Assembly: GCA_041671645.1 (NCBI GenBank)
Contig: JBAZBD010000001.1
Location: forward strand, 543,234 to 607,233
Length of the DNA: 64,000 bases
Direction of reading: 5' to 3'
From: Patescibacteria group bacterium
GTDB taxonomy: Bacteria; Patescibacteriota; UBA1384; XYA2-FULL-43-10; 1-14-0-10-43-13
Below the pieces are notes generated by a model, which was not told the origin of the DNA, made no database searches, and worked only from the letters and a program-made list of their open reading frames with translations. Both the position numbers and the translations under genes were made by a program. Positions 49,922 to 58,485 of the stretch are shown here, in pieces; position 1 is the stretch's first letter, and every line of letters begins with the position of its first letter.

Positions 49922-50623
49922 CTATAATTTTTCGCCGAGGAAGAGGATATTTTCGTTGTCGCCCCTATCCCCTCTTTTCATATTATCGATTCCAACTATT
50001 TCGAAGCCGGCCTCTAGGAACAATTTTTCAAGCTCCTCTACTTTGAAACAATGAATGTAGCGATTTGCCTTGATGATTCTGTTTCCTGATCGAAATGGGT
50101 AAAATGTGTCGCTCAAGTCGAGACTGGGATGAAAGAACCCGTTACGCAGAATCTGCCAGAACATTCCCTTCTTTTTCCACATATTCCAAACTGTCAGGAC
50201 GAGCAAGCCGCCCGGCTTCATGACCCGTCTGATCTCTTTCAGATATTGAACGCGAAATTCAGTACTGGGGATGTGATGGAAGACCGATAGACAGAATATT
50301 TTATCGAAGGAGTTGTCGGCGAATTCGAATTTGAGCGGATCGGTCAGACGAAAATCAGATTTTGGATAACGCTGCTTCGCAATCTTCACTAACTCTGTGG
50401 AGTTATCAACTCCAGTGTAGTCGATCTTCATATCCTTAAATAATTCGGTTAATCTGCCGTTACCACAGCCAACATCCAGGATCCTGTCGCCATCTTTAGC
50501 ATAAGACTTCAGTGCTATAATGTCATTAGACAAATAGTTCCTTGTACTTGAAAACTGCTCAGCGATGCTGTTATAATCCTCTATCGTCCGATTTAATAGA
50601 TATTGTGCGTATTCTTTTTTCAT
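49922..50623 (-). CDS. Class I SAM methyltransferase, Trm9/ALKBH8-like
   Basis: DYNSIAEQFSSTR, LDVGCGNGR, SVFHHIP..R, LTVW, RYIHCF. Confidence 0.8.
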   Translation of the reverse strand: MKKEYAQYLLNRTIEDYNSIAEQFSSTRNYLSNDIIALKSYAKDGDRILDVGCGNGRLTELFKDMKIDYTGVDNSTELVKIAKQRYPKSDFRLTDPLKFEFADNSFDKIFCLSVFHHIPSTEFRVQYLKEIRRVMKPGGLLVLTVWNMWKKKGMFWQILRNGFFHPSLDLSDTFYPFRSGNRIIKANRYIHCFKVEELEKLFLEAGFEIVGIDNMKRGDRGDNENILFLGEKL

Positions 50624-50624
50624 A

Positions 50625-52217
50625 ATGGATAAAAACCCGATCGAACAATTTATTATTGAATTTGCTAGCGGCGAACTCTCTCGCAAGCGATTTGATAAAC
50701 TCCAACGCATTTACGCGAAGGCTTCACAGCTTTCATTTTTCACAAATGACCAGCTGCTTTTAGCATACCAAACTTTGCTCATAGGTCAACTCGTTGAGAA
50801 GAATATTGGGCTTGAGAAATTTCTGACGCTCAAATCTACTCGATCTAATTCTGGAATTGTCGTCGTCTCAGTCCTAACAAAGCCATACGATTGCCCCGGC
50901 CGTTGTCTATATTGCCCTACACAAGCCGGTGCACCCAAGAGCTACCTTGCCGAGGAACCAGCCGTAATGCGGGCAATTACCTGCAATTATGACCCTTATC
51001 TTCAGGTCAGCTCAAGACTCAAAGCCTTGGAGGCCGTTGGACACCTGACCGACAAAGTTAATATTCGCATTATCGGTGGCACTTGGTCGGCTTATCCTAC
51101 AGAGTACCGGACAGAATTTGTCAGGGAATTATTCAAAGCAGCTAATGGCAGGATCAGGGAGTCAGGAGTTGAAAGCTTAGAAAATCTACAGAAGCAAAAT
51201 GAGACTACCAAACACCGAATCGTCGAGATATCGATAGAAACAAGACAAGATCATATCGACATGGATGAGATCAAACATTTGCGCGAGTTAGGAGTGACCA
51301 AAGTCGAACTTGGCGTACAAAGCTTAGATGATGAAATTTTAAAATTAAATAATCGTGGCAATGATACTGCATCGACTATTCGTGCAACAAAACTTTTGAA
51401 AAACGCAGGGTTCAAGGTCTCGTATCAGATGATGGTCAACCTTTACGGCGCTGATCTGAAACGAGATCTTGAGATATTCAAAGAGTTATTTGAAAATCCA
51501 GATTTCAAGCCAGATCATTTGAAGATTTATCCCTTGGCGCTAGTCAAGGAAGCAGAAATATACAAACTTTTTGAGCAGAAGAGATATAAGCCCTATACTG
51601 AGTCAGAATTGACAGGCCTGCTTGTCGAGATCAAAAAACTGGTCCCGCCTTATTGCAGGATCGAAAGAGTAATTCGCGACATTCCGACTGAATATATTGT
51701 CGAAGGTGGCGCCAAGATTTCAAATCTGAGACAAAATGTCTTGCTCGAGTTGGATAAACAAAATGCAAAGTGTCAATGCATCCGTTGCCGCGAAATTAAA
51801 GGCGATTATAATATCGATGAAGATTACAAAATGTTTCGTCTCGATTACGAAGCTTCCGATGGTAGAGAAATATTTCTCTCAATCGAATCTAAGGATAGAG
51901 CGAGGCTTTTGGCTTTGCTCAGACTCCGTATCCCAACAAATTATTCCGAATCATTGCCAGTATTAAAAAACTCGGCCATTATTCGCGAGATGCATACTTA
52001 TGGGCCACAGGTTGCAATAGGGCAAAATAATGATTTAGCTGCCCAGCACCAAGGATTTGGAACTAAATTGTTGTCTGAGGCTGAAACTATTGCCAAAAAA
52101 GAATTTTACCTCGATAAAGTTTCCATCATTGCTGGAGTCGGCGTACGCGGTTTTTTTGAGAAGTTTAGCTACAAGCTAGACCGCTGCTATATGACAAAAA
52201 CATTGACCAAAGACTAA
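50625..52217 (+). CDS. elp3: Elp3 radical SAM/KAT tRNA U34 carboxymethyltransferase
   Basis: RSNSGIVVV..CPGRCLYCP..PKSY..GGT..ETR..VELGVQS..LKIYP..RVIRDIP..CIRCRE..IREMHTYG..QHQGFG. Confidence 0.93.
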   Translation: MDKNPIEQFIIEFASGELSRKRFDKLQRIYAKASQLSFFTNDQLLLAYQTLLIGQLVEKNIGLEKFLTLKSTRSNSGIVVVSVLTKPYDCPGRCLYCPTQAGAPKSYLAEEPAVMRAITCNYDPYLQVSSRLKALEAVGHLTDKVNIRIIGGTWSAYPTEYRTEFVRELFKAANGRIRESGVESLENLQKQNETTKHRIVEISIETRQDHIDMDEIKHLRELGVTKVELGVQSLDDEILKLNNRGNDTASTIRATKLLKNAGFKVSYQMMVNLYGADLKRDLEIFKELFENPDFKPDHLKIYPLALVKEAEIYKLFEQKRYKPYTESELTGLLVEIKKLVPPYCRIERVIRDIPTEYIVEGGAKISNLRQNVLLELDKQNAKCQCIRCREIKGDYNIDEDYKMFRLDYEASDGREIFLSIESKDRARLLALLRLRIPTNYSESLPVLKNSAIIREMHTYGPQVAIGQNNDLAAQHQGFGTKLLSEAETIAKKEFYLDKVSIIAGVGVRGFFEKFSYKLDRCYMTKTLTKD

Positions 52218-52231
52218 TATGGTTGTATTAT
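52203..52231 (+). promoter_or_regulatory. sigma70 promoter for the downstream small RNA
   Basis: TTGACC-17 bp-TATTAT. Confidence 0.6.
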
Positions 52232-52272
52232 CTTGCTAGTCCTTCCTCCTAGGACCAATCGCGGATGTGCCC

Positions 52273-52360
52273 GGGGGCTATCAACAATACTGGTATTCCA
52301 GGTTATTTATTTGCATTTATTGCCCGCACCTGGATTTTCCACAGTTGGTAGCTCCCACCA
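52273..52360 (+). ncRNA. Unassigned small RNA with a 13-bp terminal stem and 3' ACCA
   Basis: GGGGGCTATCAAC (52273-85) pairs with GTTGGTAGCTCCC (52344-56) followed by ACCA; inner TCCAGGT/ACCTGGA; terminator CCCCC-tctt-GGGGG-ATTTTTT follows. Confidence 0.55.
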
Positions 52361-52426
52361 ACCCCCCTCTTGGGGGATTTTTTGTATTAAAAAACCCGGA
52401 TCTGAGTGATACTCAATGACCCGGGC
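52342..52426 (+). repeat. Direct repeat copy 1 (RNA 3' end plus two back-to-back terminators)
   Basis: Near-identical to 53498-53571 apart from one extra C, a 10-nt insertion and one substitution. Confidence 0.92.
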
Positions 52427-52441
52427 GGGAATAATTGGTAA

Positions 52442-53356
52442 TTAGATTACTGGTTTCGGGATAGGAATCATCACGATCTCATTTAACTCTTTCAGCACCA
52501 ATAGTGCCTCGCTAAAAGGGATCATGGTTTTGTATGGTCCGATCCATAGTTCTCTTGCTCCAGTGCCGTCATAAGGCAAGAGGAGCGCCTTATCATCAAC
52601 AATGATGAAAAGTCCGGCATCACAGCTTCCGTACCATCTGGTGTATGGTCCTGTCCAAAGCAGAATCTCCCCACCGCCGAAAGGATAAACTATAACTTTG
52701 TCACGAAAATTCGCAACGATGCCTTTGCAACAACTGCCGCAGTTAGCATATTTTGTAGCCGCGGGCGGGCCACCGTTATACGGGTAGCAATGGTTTAGGC
52801 CATCATGGAAATCCCAGACATATCCTTGCCCCATCGATGATTTTTGACCCCAATCACGATCAGTGAAGATAATATTATAGACACCATTGACCTTGGCGTG
52901 AACCCAATTCCGATTCTTGTGTGAACCGATAACTATCCCGTCATGAACAGTGATATTCACACCACGGCCATCCCAAAATACTTTTGGCTCTGACCGGTCA
53001 AACGGAACATAAAGAAACTCGGACTCCTTGTGCGCTAAAATCATCCCTGTGTCGCAACAGCGCAGATGATCAGGTATCTTGCTTCGGTAGAGTAAATCAT
53101 GAGCGCTACCATCGTAAGGAGCAAGATAGTATCTGGTTCCCTTTTGAATTGCAACACCAGCCTTTGTCGGATACCAGCCGTAGTGACCGTCGCCGAGACT
53201 GACTTGGTGCCCATCATTACGGATAAGAATCAACTCACTGCCTCCGCTTTTCTGGATGATAAGGCCATGATCGCTCGGCAGCGCATGTTGCTGATAATCA
53301 TGGTAAGTGATCGAATTTACTCCGGCCGCAGGGCCGGCAGTAATGGCTGTGTTCAT
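52442..53356 (-). CDS. Orphan protein with about 37-aa internal repeats (beta-propeller-like)
   Basis: Recurring [LV]P[YF][DNG]G..LW motifs; AAAAGGAG RBS. Confidence 0.75.
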   Translation of the reverse strand: MNTAITAGPAAGVNSITYHDYQQHALPSDHGLIIQKSGGSELILIRNDGHQVSLGDGHYGWYPTKAGVAIQKGTRYYLAPYDGSAHDLLYRSKIPDHLRCCDTGMILAHKESEFLYVPFDRSEPKVFWDGRGVNITVHDGIVIGSHKNRNWVHAKVNGVYNIIFTDRDWGQKSSMGQGYVWDFHDGLNHCYPYNGGPPAATKYANCGSCCKGIVANFRDKVIVYPFGGGEILLWTGPYTRWYGSCDAGLFIIVDDKALLLPYDGTGARELWIGPYKTMIPFSEALLVLKELNEIVMIPIPKPVI

Positions 53357-53497
53357 ATTTGTTCTCCTTTTCTCAGAATGCAACAAACAATAAATTGTTA
53401 GTTTGTCAAAGAGCATTTAGCCGTTATCGGCTAGCTATATCCGATAGTAGATATGGTGTATAAATAGCATAAATTGGCTGGAATGTATAGGAAAAAG

Positions 53498-53571
53498 CAG
53501 TTGGTAGCTCCCACCAACCCCCTCTTGGGGGATTTTTTGTATTAAAAAACCCGGAACTCAATGAACCGGGC
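53498..53571 (+). repeat. Direct repeat copy 2
   Basis: CAGTTGGTAGCTCCCACCAACCCCCTCTTGGGGGATTTTTTGTATTAAAAAACCCGGAACTCAATGAACCGGGC. Confidence 0.92.
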
Positions 53572-53585
53572 TGGAAATTTTGTCC

Positions 53586-54023
53586 TTAGGCTTTTCTGCT
53601 TAAAGACGTCCGTTTGGGTAATCTTTTGATGCCAAGACGGCACATTTCAACAATGTTTGGGCAAAAGTACCATGGCTCTTCCCGATACCTACCATTTGAA
53701 AAGTACAGTGCCCAACTGTCGATCCATTGTCCCAACCAGAGGCCATTTCTGAGAGCCTCATAGGCAAAAACCATAGTCAGGGGGAAGGTCCATCCGATCC
53801 AAGGATAGTTTGCGGCGACTGTTTGCCCTGACGGATTGAGCATAAATGGGATTGCGGTCATGATTAATCCTCCTACACCAAGGCAACCAAATATAAGCCA
53901 GGCCCCTATCGCGAGGATATAGACAGCCAATGCGACGATAAATAGTACGTACCCAAGCGAGTAACGCAGTAGGTTGCTGGCTTGTCTTCCAGCAAAACAG
54001 ATACCGGTAAGTAATTTTTGCAC
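53586..54023 (-). CDS. Hypothetical membrane protein
   Basis: GTG start with GGGAGGT RBS; TM segments. Confidence 0.7.
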   Translation of the reverse strand: MQKLLTGICFAGRQASNLLRYSLGYVLFIVALAVYILAIGAWLIFGCLGVGGLIMTAIPFMLNPSGQTVAANYPWIGWTFPLTMVFAYEALRNGLWLGQWIDSWALYFSNGRYREEPWYFCPNIVEMCRLGIKRLPKRTSLSRKA

Positions 54024-54133
54024 ATTTCTTACCTCCCTGCTTAATGTATTAACACAAATTCTTTAAAAACTCAAAAATGGATTTTAAAAAACAACCGGCG
54101 TGTTGCGGTTGTTTTTAATCAATATTCGATTCG

Positions 54134-54514
54134 CTACATTGCCACTTTTTTGGCTTTTTTGAGACTATTGAGTTTGATTTCGGAGCACTTGGGGCAACGG
54201 TACTGCGGGTGCTTGTCCTCTGTCCTGTCGTAGCCGCCAGGAGCCATCACCAATCTTCGCACCAAGTCTTTCTTGCCACAATCGAAGCAAGTACCGCTAG
54301 GAATAATTTCCCATTTTTCTATCAGTTTGCTTTTGAAGATGAAGCGATCAACCCAGAAGAAGATACAACCGCCGATCAGATTGGCCACAGTGGCGGCGAT
54401 CCAGTCTTCCTTGGTACCCATTATTGAGGGAGAGTGCTTGAAGTACGCAACGGCTGGAGCGAGAATTAGTGTTGAGAGTTGCCAGCGGATGAGATAGAGA
54501 ATAAACTTGAGCAT
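54134..54514 (-). CDS. Hypothetical protein with a hydrophobic N-terminus and C-terminal Zn ribbon
   Basis: YLIRWQLST..ANLIGGCIFFWVDRFIF; CFDC..CPKC; terminator hairpin at about 54086-54117. Confidence 0.75.
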   Translation of the reverse strand: MLKFILYLIRWQLSTLILAPAVAYFKHSPSIMGTKEDWIAATVANLIGGCIFFWVDRFIFKSKLIEKWEIIPSGTCFDCGKKDLVRRLVMAPGGYDRTEDKHPQYRCPKCSEIKLNSLKKAKKVAM

Positions 54515-54636
54515 TTCCTATTCCTCCAAATAATTAATTCAATATTATTCTATCTGGCTATCCCATAACTTGTCAAAATAATTATTGAAACAAATAAAAA
54601 GTCTCCGCTTAGATTTAGATTCTAGGCGAAGACGGG

Positions 54637-55098
54637 TCAAAATTCGATATCGATGTGTGTCCAGCCAGATCGTGATCGAGACTGGCTAAAAGACTGAGGC
54701 GTCTGCACTTGCGAATACTGTACAGGCTCTTCCTTGACCCGTGAATCACACCGTGTGTGGTGCGACAAGTGGTCGGAGGAGTAGAGATTGATAAATTCGG
54801 GCCTGATTCCTGCAAGAACGGTGATCGGACCTTTTGTATTACTGGAATCTACCTCTCCATCCACGACAACCAACGAAATTGTGCCAACAATATTTTCGCT
54901 AAAGTATTTAACTTTCGCAGCTTCCAACTTTTTGAAACAGTCGTCGCGAGAGTTACAAATTGCAAATACTATTGTGTCACAAAAGATTTTCCCCTTCACA
55001 TCTCCCCTCTTGAGGAGCTGAGAAATGATGCGTTCGTGGTCTGGCTTGTCGTTCAAAACGACGACCAGAGCACTGCGTGAAATAGTTATCTTCGCCAT
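54637..55098 (-). CDS. Hypothetical protein
   Basis: GGAGG RBS, upstream TTGACA, downstream hairpin. Confidence 0.65.
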   Translation of the reverse strand: MAKITISRSALVVVLNDKPDHERIISQLLKRGDVKGKIFCDTIVFAICNSRDDCFKKLEAAKVKYFSENIVGTISLVVVDGEVDSSNTKGPITVLAGIRPEFINLYSSDHLSHHTRCDSRVKEEPVQYSQVQTPQSFSQSRSRSGWTHIDIEF

Positions 55099-55200
55099 CG
55101 AAATGTCCTCCAAGCAGAGCATTCTATCTTTGGTATATCGAGATTATGATACTTTGTCAATTTAAGATCAAAAAAACACCTCAAAAATGAGATGCGTTTT

Positions 55201-55276
55201 TGGTGGACCCTAGCGGATTTGAACCGCTGACCTCCTCCATGCCATGGAGGCGCTCTACCAACTAAGCTAAGGGCCC
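55201..55276 (-). tRNA. tRNA-Ala(GGC)
   Basis: GGGCCCT..CCTCC-ATGGCAT-GGAGG..GTTCAAATC..AGGGTCC-ACCA; G3:U70 pair. Confidence 0.97.
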
Positions 55277-55306
55277 ATTAGTCGTTTTTAATAAATCCGT
55301 CTTTAA

Positions 55307-55537
55307 TTATTTGTTTAATAATATTTTTATTTTTATATCTTTTAATCTCAATTCGATCCTTCTCGCTGAAATAAGGTCATCGAAATTTTGCTGGAAAACT
55401 AGCTTGGCGGGCAATTTATATTTGATCCCCAGTGTTTTGCCAGAGTTATGTTCAAGTAGCCGTCTGTGAATATCGTTCGTAGAGCCAATATAATATTGCA
55501 TATTATTTAACTCGAGGATATAGACTGTCCCTGCCAT
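55307..55537 (-). CDS. Small GIY-YIG nuclease, apparently frameshifted near the C-terminus
   Basis: VYIL..YYIGST..RRLLEHNSG..ARRIE; the -1 frame continues RYKNKNIIKQIIKDGFIKND to a stop at 55278. Confidence 0.85.
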   Translation of the reverse strand: MAGTVYILELNNMQYYIGSTNDIHRRLLEHNSGKTLGIKYKLPAKLVFQQNFDDLISARRIELRLKDIKIKILLNK

Positions 55538-55546
55538 ATTTCCTTT

Positions 55547-55598
55547 CTGACCTTCCCGATGTCCATCGGGACGTTCTAGCCAACTAAGCTAAGGGCCC
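55547..55598 (-). other. tRNA-Ala 5'-half mimic forming the GIY-YIG leader
   Basis: First 19 nt identical to tRNA-Ala; remodelled anticodon arm TCCCG-ATGGACAT-CGGGA, then AGGTCAG; no T loop or 3' acceptor strand. Confidence 0.88.
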
Positions 55599-55629
55599 AG
55601 ATATTTTTTGTAGCGATAATTCAAAGGTT

Positions 55630-55658
55630 ATTTTACTACAAAATTGAATTGAATTCAA
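55630..55658 (-). promoter_or_regulatory. sigma70 promoter for the half-tRNA/GIY-YIG/tRNA-Ala unit
   Basis: TTGAAT-17 bp-TAAAAT on the minus strand. Confidence 0.6.
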
Positions 55659-55717
55659 GCTCAGGAAGTGATATTCTTGATTTAAGAATTTAAAAATAAA
55701 CGCACTAAGTAGGCAAA

Positions 55718-58201
55718 ATGAGAGAATATAATTTCAAAGAGATCGAATCAAAATGGCAGAAGAAATGGGAAGAGGAAAATTACGGCAAATCCGATGATGA
55801 TTCTGCCTTGCCGAAGCACTATCATCTAGTTGAATTCCCTTACCCCTCTGGCGCTGGCCTCCACGTCGGCCACTGTATGGGCTATGGCGCATCCGATGCC
55901 TACTGCCGAATGAAACGTCTTCAGGGCTTCAATGTGATGTATCCGATCGGCTGGGACGCATTTGGCCTGCCTACCGAAAATTTTGCGATCAAGAATAAGG
56001 TTAAACCGCAAAAAGCGACTGCTGACAATGTTGCGGTATTCAAATCCCAGATGAAATCATTGGGGCTTTCCTTCGACTGGTCTCGCGAGGTCAACACGAC
56101 CGACCCAGATTATTATCGCTGGACTCAATGGATTTTCCTCCAATTTTACAAGCATGCAATCATTGATGGGAAACTAGTCAAGGTTGCAGATGATGATTTT
56201 CATACTCCCAGACTTGCTTTTCAGGCAGAGATGCCGGTCAACTGGTGCCCTTCTTGCAAAATAGTTTTGGCCAACGAAGAAGTCGTCAACGGAACATGTG
56301 AGCGTTGCGGTACTGGGTCTGAGAAGAGAAAACAAAAGCAATGGATGCTTCGGATTACTGCCTACGCCGATCGGTTAATTAAAGATCTAGACACGGTTGA
56401 TTACTTGGACAAGATCAAGACACAGCAGGTCAATTGGATCGGGCGAAGTGAGGGCGCAAATATAATTTTTGACGTCAAAGGTTTTAGTAACACCGTTCAC
56501 GATGAAGAAATAGAGGTATTTACTACCCGAGCCGATACTTTGTTTGGCTGTACTTATGTCGTGCTTGCCCCAGAGCACCCACTGGTTAAAAAGCTTGGCC
56601 ACCATATCCAGAACTTTGAAGAAGTCCAAGATTATATAGATAAAGCAAAGAAAAAGTCTGATTTGGAACGTACTGAGCTGCAGAAGGATAAAACTGGAGT
56701 TAAGCTGTATGGCGTATACGCGATCAATCCAATTAATGGTGAACAAGTTGATATTTATGTCGCTGATTACGTCCTGTCAAATTATGGTACTGGCGCTGTC
56801 ATGGCCGTACCTGCTCATGATGAGAGGGATTTCGAATTCGCCAAGAAGCATGAGATCAATATTGCACAAGTGATTACCGACAAGGATGATTCCGTAGACA
56901 TAACTGACGCGGCCTTTGTTCACTACGGCAAATTGATCAATTCTGGTGAATTCGACGGCCTAGCCTCAGAGCAAGGCAAGAAAGCTATTACTGAGAAATT
57001 GAAAGAAACTCGCAAGGGTGACTTTACGATAAATTATAAGCTTAGGGACTGGATATTTTCTCGACAACATTACTGGGGCGAGCCAATTCCAATCGTTCAT
57101 TGCGAGAGCTGCGGCAAAGTTCCAGTGCCAGAAGATCAACTGCCGATCACTCTGCCAGAAGTAGAAAAATACGAGCCAACCGACGATGGTCAATCCCCTC
57201 TCGCCGCTATCACCGACTGGGTCGAGATGACCTGTCCTAAATGCGGTGGCAAGGCCAAACGAGAGACCGACACTATGCCAAACTGGGCCGGTAGTTCTTG
57301 GTACTTCTTGCGCTACACTGACCCCAAGAATGACAATGAATTAGCTTCCGAATCTAAACTTAAATACTGGACTCCGGTAGATATTTACAACGGCGGGATG
57401 GAACACACAACTTTGCATCTTCTATATTCCAGATTCTGGCACAAATTTTTGTTTGACTTGGGTGCTGTCCCAACGGCAGAACCTTATGCCAAGAGAATCG
57501 CTCATGGAATCATTCTCGGCCCCGACGGTCGCAAAATGAGCAAATCTTTTGGTAATGTCATCAATCCAGATGAAATAGTGAAACAATTTGGCGCCGACAC
57601 ACTCCGCATGTATATCGCATTTATCGGACCATACGACCAAGAGTCGGCATGGAACATGGCCGGCGTCCAGGGAGTCTCACGATTTCTAAACCGAGTCTGG
57701 AAAAATGTTGAAAAAATCGACGACAAAGACGATGACAAGGAGCTTTTGATTAAGCTAAATCAGACTATCCAAGGAGTTTCGGAGGACTTTGAGAGCTTCC
57801 GCTTGAATACTTCTGTTGCCAAATTGATGGAATTCAATAATCTATTTGAGAAAATTGGTCATATCCGTAAAGATTCTTACCAGAAATTCCTGCAAATCCT
57901 CTACCCCCTCGCTCCGCACATTGCTTCTGAACTTTGGGAAACCGCCGGCCTGAGCGATTCCATAGTGAATTCCGCTTGGCCTGAGGCTGATACCAAATAC
58001 TTGGTAGCTGACACGATCGAAATCGTAATTCAGGTCAATGGTAAGGTGCGAGATAAGCTATCGGTCTCTTCTGATATTTCAGACGATGAATTGAAGAAAT
58101 CTGCGCTGAACTCACCAAAAATCGTTGAAATTATCGGCGACAGTGAGATTGCGAAAGTGATCGTCATCGCCAAGAAATTAGTCAGCGTAGTCACAAAGTA
58201 A
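55718..58201 (+). CDS. leuS: Leucine--tRNA ligase
   Basis: FPYPSGAGLHVGH, editing domain YGTGAVMAVPAHD, KMSKS. Confidence 0.98.
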   Translation: MREYNFKEIESKWQKKWEEENYGKSDDDSALPKHYHLVEFPYPSGAGLHVGHCMGYGASDAYCRMKRLQGFNVMYPIGWDAFGLPTENFAIKNKVKPQKATADNVAVFKSQMKSLGLSFDWSREVNTTDPDYYRWTQWIFLQFYKHAIIDGKLVKVADDDFHTPRLAFQAEMPVNWCPSCKIVLANEEVVNGTCERCGTGSEKRKQKQWMLRITAYADRLIKDLDTVDYLDKIKTQQVNWIGRSEGANIIFDVKGFSNTVHDEEIEVFTTRADTLFGCTYVVLAPEHPLVKKLGHHIQNFEEVQDYIDKAKKKSDLERTELQKDKTGVKLYGVYAINPINGEQVDIYVADYVLSNYGTGAVMAVPAHDERDFEFAKKHEINIAQVITDKDDSVDITDAAFVHYGKLINSGEFDGLASEQGKKAITEKLKETRKGDFTINYKLRDWIFSRQHYWGEPIPIVHCESCGKVPVPEDQLPITLPEVEKYEPTDDGQSPLAAITDWVEMTCPKCGGKAKRETDTMPNWAGSSWYFLRYTDPKNDNELASESKLKYWTPVDIYNGGMEHTTLHLLYSRFWHKFLFDLGAVPTAEPYAKRIAHGIILGPDGRKMSKSFGNVINPDEIVKQFGADTLRMYIAFIGPYDQESAWNMAGVQGVSRFLNRVWKNVEKIDDKDDDKELLIKLNQTIQGVSEDFESFRLNTSVAKLMEFNNLFEKIGHIRKDSYQKFLQILYPLAPHIASELWETAGLSDSIVNSAWPEADTKYLVADTIEIVIQVNGKVRDKLSVSSDISDDELKKSALNSPKIVEIIGDSEIAKVIVIAKKLVSVVTK

Positions 58202-58284
58202 TCGAAGCTTTGATCTGGTTGATTTTTTGACTGGTTTATGCAATAATAACGACATAATATCTACTAACAAAACAGGATTTTCTA

Positions 58285-58464
58285 ATGGCCGAACCAAAAA
58301 AGCGAACGAATAATTCTAAGCAGGGCATGCGCCGAATGCACGACAAGGTTATCAAACCTGCCGTAGTGTTTTGCGAACAATGCCATGAGCCAAAAGTTGC
58401 TCACCAGGTTTGCTACAATTGTGGCACCTTTGCTAAGAAACAAGTTCTCGATATCAAAAAATAA
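58285..58464 (+). CDS. rpmF: 50S ribosomal protein L32 (absent from the ORF track)
   Basis: MAEPKKRTNNSKQGMRRMH..CEQC..HQVCYNCG; 59 aa. Confidence 0.93.
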   Translation: MAEPKKRTNNSKQGMRRMHDKVIKPAVVFCEQCHEPKVAHQVCYNCGTFAKKQVLDIKK

Positions 58465-58485
58465 TCAAATCTTTGGAAGCCAACT

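Noticed and set aside
52273-52360. tRNA, tmRNA or 4.5S RNA
   Set aside because: No T-psi-C arm, no tag reading frame and no helix-8 motif; kept as unassigned.
55547-55598. Functional quadruplet-anticodon tRNA or tRNA split by an intron
   Set aside because: The fragment has no T loop or 3' acceptor strand of its own, and the downstream tRNA is complete.
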